Below, in pieces: positions 59,454-64,000 of a DNA stretch of 64,000 bases. The notes beneath the pieces were generated by a model. That model did not search any database. It was given only the letters and a program-made list of their open reading frames with translations, and was not told where the DNA came from. This DNA comes from Candidatus Eremiobacteria bacterium (GTDB lineage Bacteria; Vulcanimicrobiota; Vulcanimicrobiia; Vulcanimicrobiales; Vulcanimicrobiaceae). The position numbers and the translations under genes were made by a program. The stretch's first letter is position 1. Every line of letters starts with the position of its first letter. The stretch covers positions 960,001 through 1,024,000 of the forward strand of contig CAVWUU010000004.1 of NCBI GenBank assembly GCA_963758295.1, read 5' to 3'.

Positions 59454-59963
59454 CTATCTTAGCACTCCTGCCGCTGGACTGCCAATGGTCTCCTGTAAAG
59501 CGCCTGCCAACTCGGTCCAGCTGGTCTCGCCGACGGAGACATAACTCACGTTTCCGTCCCGGTCGACGAGGATCGTTACGGGGATCGGCGGCACGGAGTA
59601 CGCGCCCGAGATCGCCGAGTTCAGATCTTCCACCAGCGGCAATTCGATGTTCCAAAGGCGCAGGTAGCTGGCGGCGACGTCGTGAGGCTCGGAAGAAACG
59701 GTAACCACCGTCAGGCGATCTCCGTACTCCTGGCGCGCGCGCACGAACAGACTCAATTCTTCGGTGCACGGATGACACCACGATGCCCAAAAATTGATCA
59801 ACACCGCTTTGCCGTGGAGCGAAGAAAGCGGCTTGTATTTGTGGCCGATCGGCAAGTTGAAATCGGGCGGCGGCGCATGGTAATGAATCGTGGCAAGGCC
59901 CGTGTTTGCGGGAGTTGCATTAGCGGCGGCGATGGTGCCGGCTAAAACCAGTGCGCCAAGCAT
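59454..59963 (-). CDS. TlpA/ResA-family thiol-disulfide oxidoreductase
   Basis: Signal peptide, NFWASWCHPCTEE and IPVT motifs. Confidence 0.85.
   Translation of the reverse strand: MLGALVLAGTIAAANATPANTGLATIHYHAPPPDFNLPIGHKYKPLSSLHGKAVLINFWASWCHPCTEELSLFVRARQEYGDRLTVVTVSSEPHDVAASYLRLWNIELPLVEDLNSAISGAYSVPPIPVTILVDRDGNVSYVSVGETSWTELAGALQETIGSPAAGVLR
59459..59485. promoter_or_regulatory. CIRCE element (HrcA operator)
   Basis: TTAGCACTC-N9-GACTGCCAA versus consensus TTAGCACTC-N9-GAGTGCTAA; 11 nt upstream of the hrcA ATG. Confidence 0.88.
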
Positions 59964-60016
59964 TGAGTGAGACGTTTTCGGCAGGCCTTGGAATCCATCC
60001 CCGTTAAACCGATTGC

Positions 60017-61972
60017 ATGAGCACGCAAGCAATCGAAGCGCTCTTCGAAGAGAGCCGCCGTTTTCCGCCGTCGCCGGAGTTCGCTGCGCAAGCTAACGCG
60101 CAACCCGGGATCTACGAAGACGCGGAAAACGATTATGTCGCGTTCTGGGCTCATTGGGCGCGCAAGCTCGAATGGATGAAACCATTCACGCAAACGCTGG
60201 AATGGAATGAGCCGTTTGCGCGCTGGTTTTCCGATGGCACGCTCAATGCGTCGGTGAATTGCCTCGATCGCCACGTACGGGCCGGTAAAGGTGATAAGAT
60301 CGCCTACTATTACGAAGGCGAGCCCGGCGACCGCTGGACGATCACGTATCAACAGCTGCTGGAAGACGTTTGCCGCTTTGCCAACGGCCTGCGCGCGCTC
60401 GGCGTAAAAAAAGGCGATCGCGTTGCGATCTACATGCCGATGGTTCCCGAATTGCCGGTGGCGATGCTTGCGTGCGCTCGAATCGGCGCCGCGCACTCGG
60501 TGATTTTCGGCGGCTTCTCACCGGATTCGATCATCGACCGCGTCAACGATGCGGAATGCGTGGCATTGATCACCGCGGACCAAGGCTGGCGGCGCGGAAA
60601 CAAAGTTGCACTCAAGCGCAACTGCGATCTCGCAATGGAGCAGACACCGACGATCCGTCACTGCATCGTCGCCAAGCGCGTGGGCGACGACGTTTTTATG
60701 AAAGACGGCCGCGATCTGTGGTGGGACGAAGTCGTCGCCGGTCAAGCCGCAACGTGCGAACCCGAACCGATGAACGCGGAGGATCTGCTGTACTTGCTCT
60801 ATACGAGCGGCACGACGGCGAAACCCAAAGGCATCAAACACACGACGGGCGGCTATCTCACGCACGTCAGCATGACGCATAAACTCGTCTTCGATTTAAA
60901 AGAAGATACCGACATCTACTGGTGCGCGGCCGACATCGGCTGGGTAACCGGGCATTCGTACATCGTGTACGGTCCGCTCGCGAACGGGGCCACGAGCGTA
61001 ATTTACGAAGGCACGCCGGATTACCCGGCCAAGGACCGCTTGTGGGAAATCATCGAGCGCTATAAGGTTACGATTCTCTACACCGCGCCGACGGCGATTC
61101 GCACGTTCATGAAGTGGGGTTCGCAATATCCGGCGGCCCACGATCTCACGTCGCTGCGCGTTCTGGGCAGCGTCGGCGAGCCGATCAATCCCGAAGCGTG
61201 GATGTGGTATCGCGAATGGATCGGCGGCAATCGTACGCCGGTTGTCGATACGTGGTGGCAAACGGAAACGGGCGGCATCATGATTTCGCCGCTGCCGGGC
61301 GTCACCACGCTTCTGCCCGGATCCGCGACCCACCCGCTCCCCGGCGTTGAGGCCGATATCGTGAACGACAATGGCGAATCCGTACCACTCGGCGGCGGCG
61401 GGTTTATCGTCTTGAAACGTCCGTGGCCGGGAATGTTGCGCGGCATTTGGGGCGATGACGAGCGATACAAACAAACGTACTGGTCGAAGTTTCCCCACAT
61501 GTACTTGGCGGGCGACGGTTGCCGGCGCGATCGGGACGGCAACTACTGGTTTATGGGGCGCATCGACGACGTGATGAACGTCAGCGGGCACCGCATCTCG
61601 ACAACCGAGGTCGAAAGCGCGCTCGTCGATCATCCGAAGGTGGCGGAAGCAGCCGTGTGCGGGCGTACCGACGACGTTACGGGGCAGGCGATCTACGCGT
61701 TCGTTTCGCTGCGTGGCGCCGATGCCGGGTCGGCAGAACTCGCGGACGAACTACGCGATCACGTTGCGGAAAAACTCGGAAAGTTCACGCGCCCGAAATA
61801 CATTACGTTCACGCAAGAACTGCCGAAAACGCGCAGCGGAAAGATCATGCGGCGCCTCCTTCGCGACATCGCCGAAGGGAGGCAATTGGGAGACACGACG
61901 ACCCTCGCGGATTCCAGCGTCGTTCACGAGCTGCAAGAACGCGCGAAGGTCGAAGTGACGTCCGACGACTAG
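60017..61972 (+). CDS. acs: Acetyl-CoA synthetase
   Basis: YTSGTTAKPKG, GEPINPEAW, DTWWQTETG and LPKTRSGKIMRR motifs. Confidence 0.96.
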   Translation: MSTQAIEALFEESRRFPPSPEFAAQANAQPGIYEDAENDYVAFWAHWARKLEWMKPFTQTLEWNEPFARWFSDGTLNASVNCLDRHVRAGKGDKIAYYYEGEPGDRWTITYQQLLEDVCRFANGLRALGVKKGDRVAIYMPMVPELPVAMLACARIGAAHSVIFGGFSPDSIIDRVNDAECVALITADQGWRRGNKVALKRNCDLAMEQTPTIRHCIVAKRVGDDVFMKDGRDLWWDEVVAGQAATCEPEPMNAEDLLYLLYTSGTTAKPKGIKHTTGGYLTHVSMTHKLVFDLKEDTDIYWCAADIGWVTGHSYIVYGPLANGATSVIYEGTPDYPAKDRLWEIIERYKVTILYTAPTAIRTFMKWGSQYPAAHDLTSLRVLGSVGEPINPEAWMWYREWIGGNRTPVVDTWWQTETGGIMISPLPGVTTLLPGSATHPLPGVEADIVNDNGESVPLGGGGFIVLKRPWPGMLRGIWGDDERYKQTYWSKFPHMYLAGDGCRRDRDGNYWFMGRIDDVMNVSGHRISTTEVESALVDHPKVAEAAVCGRTDDVTGQAIYAFVSLRGADAGSAELADELRDHVAEKLGKFTRPKYITFTQELPKTRSGKIMRRLLRDIAEGRQLGDTTTLADSSVVHELQERAKVEVTSDD

Positions 61973-61984
61973 AGCGGAAAGAAG

Positions 61985-62243
61985 TTAGGGCTTCGCGGTC
62001 GGTTTCGGCGACGCCGTCATGTGACTGCTCTTCATGGAATTGGACTTCATCGAATTGGACTTCATCGAGTTCGTTCATATTGCTGCTTTTCGTGTGTGAA
62101 TTCTTCATCGATGACTTCATCGAACTCGAATGCATCGCTCCGCCGCTCGGTTGGGGCGATGCTTTTGTCATCTCCTGAGCGCCCGCGGCGGCAGCGCTCG
62201 ATGCGGCAAGAACTACGGCGAGAAAGACGCGGGGGAAGCGCAT
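61985..62243 (-). CDS. Small secreted Met/Ser/Lys-rich pentapeptide-repeat protein (frameshift ~62073)
   Basis: Signal peptide, then MHSSSMKSSMKNSH...NSMKSNSMKSNSMKSSHMTASPKPTAKP* with TAA at 61985-61987. Confidence 0.65.
62031..62070. repeat. 15-bp tandem repeat (~2.7 copies) encoding MKSNS
   Basis: ttcatggaattggac ttcatcgaattggac ttcatcgagt. Confidence 0.85.
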
Positions 62244-62308
62244 TTAAAATACCTCGGAAGAATGTAGGTGTATTTTGCATACGCCGGCCGGCCGGCATCG
62301 GATGAGTC

Positions 62309-63328
62309 TTAGTTTGGCGCCTCGCTGGGGGCGACTTTTCCGGAAAGAATATCCCGTACGGCCAGGGGCGGATAGCCGACCGTTTCGTTGAGGGAATCTT
62401 CCCACGCGAGCGTGATGAGATCGCGAAACTGCGCCGCGCCGCGCGCCAACTGGCGATCCGTAAAGGTGACGGCATCGCTCTTGCCGGCGTCGAAAGCGCC
62501 GGCGGCGTACAGACGATATAACGGGTCGACTTGCGCGGCCGTTTCTGCGATGTAGGCGCCGACCATTTTCCCAATCGCTTCCTGCGAAAGCGCGGCTTGC
62601 GGCGCTGCTACGTTGGACGGCTGCATCATTCGCTCGACGTCGGCCGCGCGCGCATACTTGTTCACGAAGTCCGTCTCGAAGAACGCGTGAATGTGGTTCT
62701 GCGTGAAATTATTCGGGTTCGGATAGTTGCCCCACCCGTTGAAGTGAATCGAGATGTGCAGCGGCTGGCTTGCGTCCCCTACGAAATGTCCCCAATCGCC
62801 GATATCGCGCAACGTGAGCGTTTCGCGAAAAGCCCGCTCACCGGCGAAATGCGCCTTCATCTCCGAAGTCGCGGCATGCGCCGCGAGGTAATCGTCGACG
62901 CGCCAGTACGCCAGGTCCTTACGCACGCGTTCGAAGCCGTCCATGATGGCATACGGGACAAAGCCTTGTTTGTACGGCGTCGTCCCCGCCTTCGCAAGTG
63001 CATCCGCGTAGTCCGCCATGTTCTTCGGCAGTCGATCCAGATGCACGACGCCGGCGATCGTTCCGTCATCGGCAAGGTCCAAGAAGTGGCCTTCGTCGTT
63101 GTCGCCGTCCCACGAATCGCCCGCGCCCTTGATACGATCTTCTTCCGGTCCGAGCGTCGCAAGTTCATCGACGGCGCTCGCGGATCGTAAAAACGCCGGC
63201 ACGGATGCCGGCAGCGTTTGCGCTCCAAGACGGTTGATCATGGTATGGCCGGTACTTCCCCACGCCAGCGCTTGAGCCGGCAACAGCGCGACTAGCGCGA
63301 GGGTGGCTAAAAGCGGACGAGCCGTCAC
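62309..63328 (-). CDS. Secreted S1/P1 nuclease-like (phospholipase C/P1) protein
   Basis: Mature N-terminus WGSTGH; HFLD, HFVGDASQPLH and IHAFFE motifs. Confidence 0.85.
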   Translation of the reverse strand: MTARPLLATLALVALLPAQALAWGSTGHTMINRLGAQTLPASVPAFLRSASAVDELATLGPEEDRIKGAGDSWDGDNDEGHFLDLADDGTIAGVVHLDRLPKNMADYADALAKAGTTPYKQGFVPYAIMDGFERVRKDLAYWRVDDYLAAHAATSEMKAHFAGERAFRETLTLRDIGDWGHFVGDASQPLHISIHFNGWGNYPNPNNFTQNHIHAFFETDFVNKYARAADVERMMQPSNVAAPQAALSQEAIGKMVGAYIAETAAQVDPLYRLYAAGAFDAGKSDAVTFTDRQLARGAAQFRDLITLAWEDSLNETVGYPPLAVRDILSGKVAPSEAPN

Positions 63329-64000
63329 GAAAAAAACTCCGTTAATTCATCGAGATGCGTGATCCGCGTTGCCGGCGGCAAAGCCTTGAGAATCTTTGCC
63401 CCATAGCGCGTAGACGCGGCGCGCCCATCTAAGAGCGCGACGACACCTTTGTCGGCGGTGCTTCGAATCAAACGCCCGAAACCTTGTTTCAGTCGCACGA
63501 TCGCGGCCGGAATCATGTAGTTCTCGAACCCGTCCGCGCCACGCGCCTCGAGCGAACGAATCCGTGCTGCTACGAGCGGATCGGCGGGCGATGGAAACGG
63601 CAGCCGGTCGATGATTACGCACGAGAGCGCCTCGCCCGCGACGTCGATGCCTTCCCAAAACGTTCCGGTTGCGAAAAGTACGGCATTCGGCGTGGTGCGA
63701 AACCATTGCAGCAAATGCGCGCGGGGCATCTCGCCTTGCAACTTAATGGGAAACGGCACGCGCTCGCGCACAAGCGCGTACACTTCGCGCAGTCGCGCGT
63801 ACGAGGTAAACAGGACGAACGCCCTTCCGCGCGAGCGATCGAGGCACTCCTCGACGATTGGCGCGGCGCGACGCGAAAAATCGTCGGATTTCGGATTGAG
63901 TTGCGGCGGTGCAATGTAGAGCCGCGCCTGCCGGTGGTAATCGAACGGGGACGGCGCCACCAATTCTTGTGCGTCTTCGATTCCGAGCGAGCGTTTGAGA
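63325..64000 (-). CDS. DinG/YoaA-family helicase, C-terminal part (partial)
   Basis: SPFDY, LFTSY, FWEGID, IDRLPF and QGFGRLIRS motifs. Confidence 0.92.
   Translation of the reverse strand, partial: LKRSLGIEDAQELVAPSPFDYHRQARLYIAPPQLNPKSDDFSRRAAPIVEECLDRSRGRAFVLFTSYARLREVYALVRERVPFPIKLQGEMPRAHLLQWFRTTPNAVLFATGTFWEGIDVAGEALSCVIIDRLPFPSPADPLVAARIRSLEARGADGFENYMIPAAIVRLKQGFGRLIRSTADKGVVALLDGRAASTRYGAKILKALPPATRITHLDELTEFFS

Noticed and set aside
62031..62130. CRISPR-like or non-coding repeat
   Set aside because: Direct 15-bp tandem units without spacers, explained by a peptide repeat; no cas genes or CRISPR array anywhere in the window.
62309..64000. DinG + nuclease as an anti-phage or type IV CRISPR module
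   Set aside because: The nuclease has a signal peptide (secreted scavenging enzyme), and the DinG looks like housekeeping YoaA; no cas genes are visible.

Overview
GC-rich bacterial chromosomal segment from a diderm (TonB-dependent receptor, hldD, lipoproteins). Protein style suggests Candidatus Eremiobacterota/Vulcanimicrobiota, but this is inference only. From left to right it holds: (1) a metal/envelope region with a TBDT preceded by a membrane uORF ending in RPPP, hldD, TlpA/MauE, an NRAMP-like transporter behind Fur/Zur-like and DtxR-like palindromes, two SCO proteins and an ECF sigma/anti-sigma/RseB module; (2) HDAC, TPR, etfBA and an OYE flavoprotein; (3) a small accessory islet (two-domain cupredoxin, Kelch lipoprotein) ending at a tRNA-Leu(UAA) interrupted by a 251-nt group I intron; (4) ppx, divIC-like, accA and accD; (5) a ~30-kb surface-polysaccharide locus with Wzc, a WcaJ-like priming enzyme, GT4s, a WbpABDE-like amino-uronate pathway, a heparan-type D-glucuronyl C5-epimerase, an Amj flippase instead of Wzx, a Wzy/WaaL-like protein, three paralogous QIH-motif lyase-like domains, GT-C enzymes and LamG lipoproteins. 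This locus contains two orphan atypical NarL-type regulators, and DosR-box-like palindromes recur in nearly all of its promoter regions; (6) hrcA-dnaJ-rsmE with a CIRCE, acs, an S1/P1 nuclease and a partial DinG. Many genes are split by single-base frameshifts, most likely sequencing or assembly indels. All calls are from reading the sequence and recalled motifs; no searches were run.
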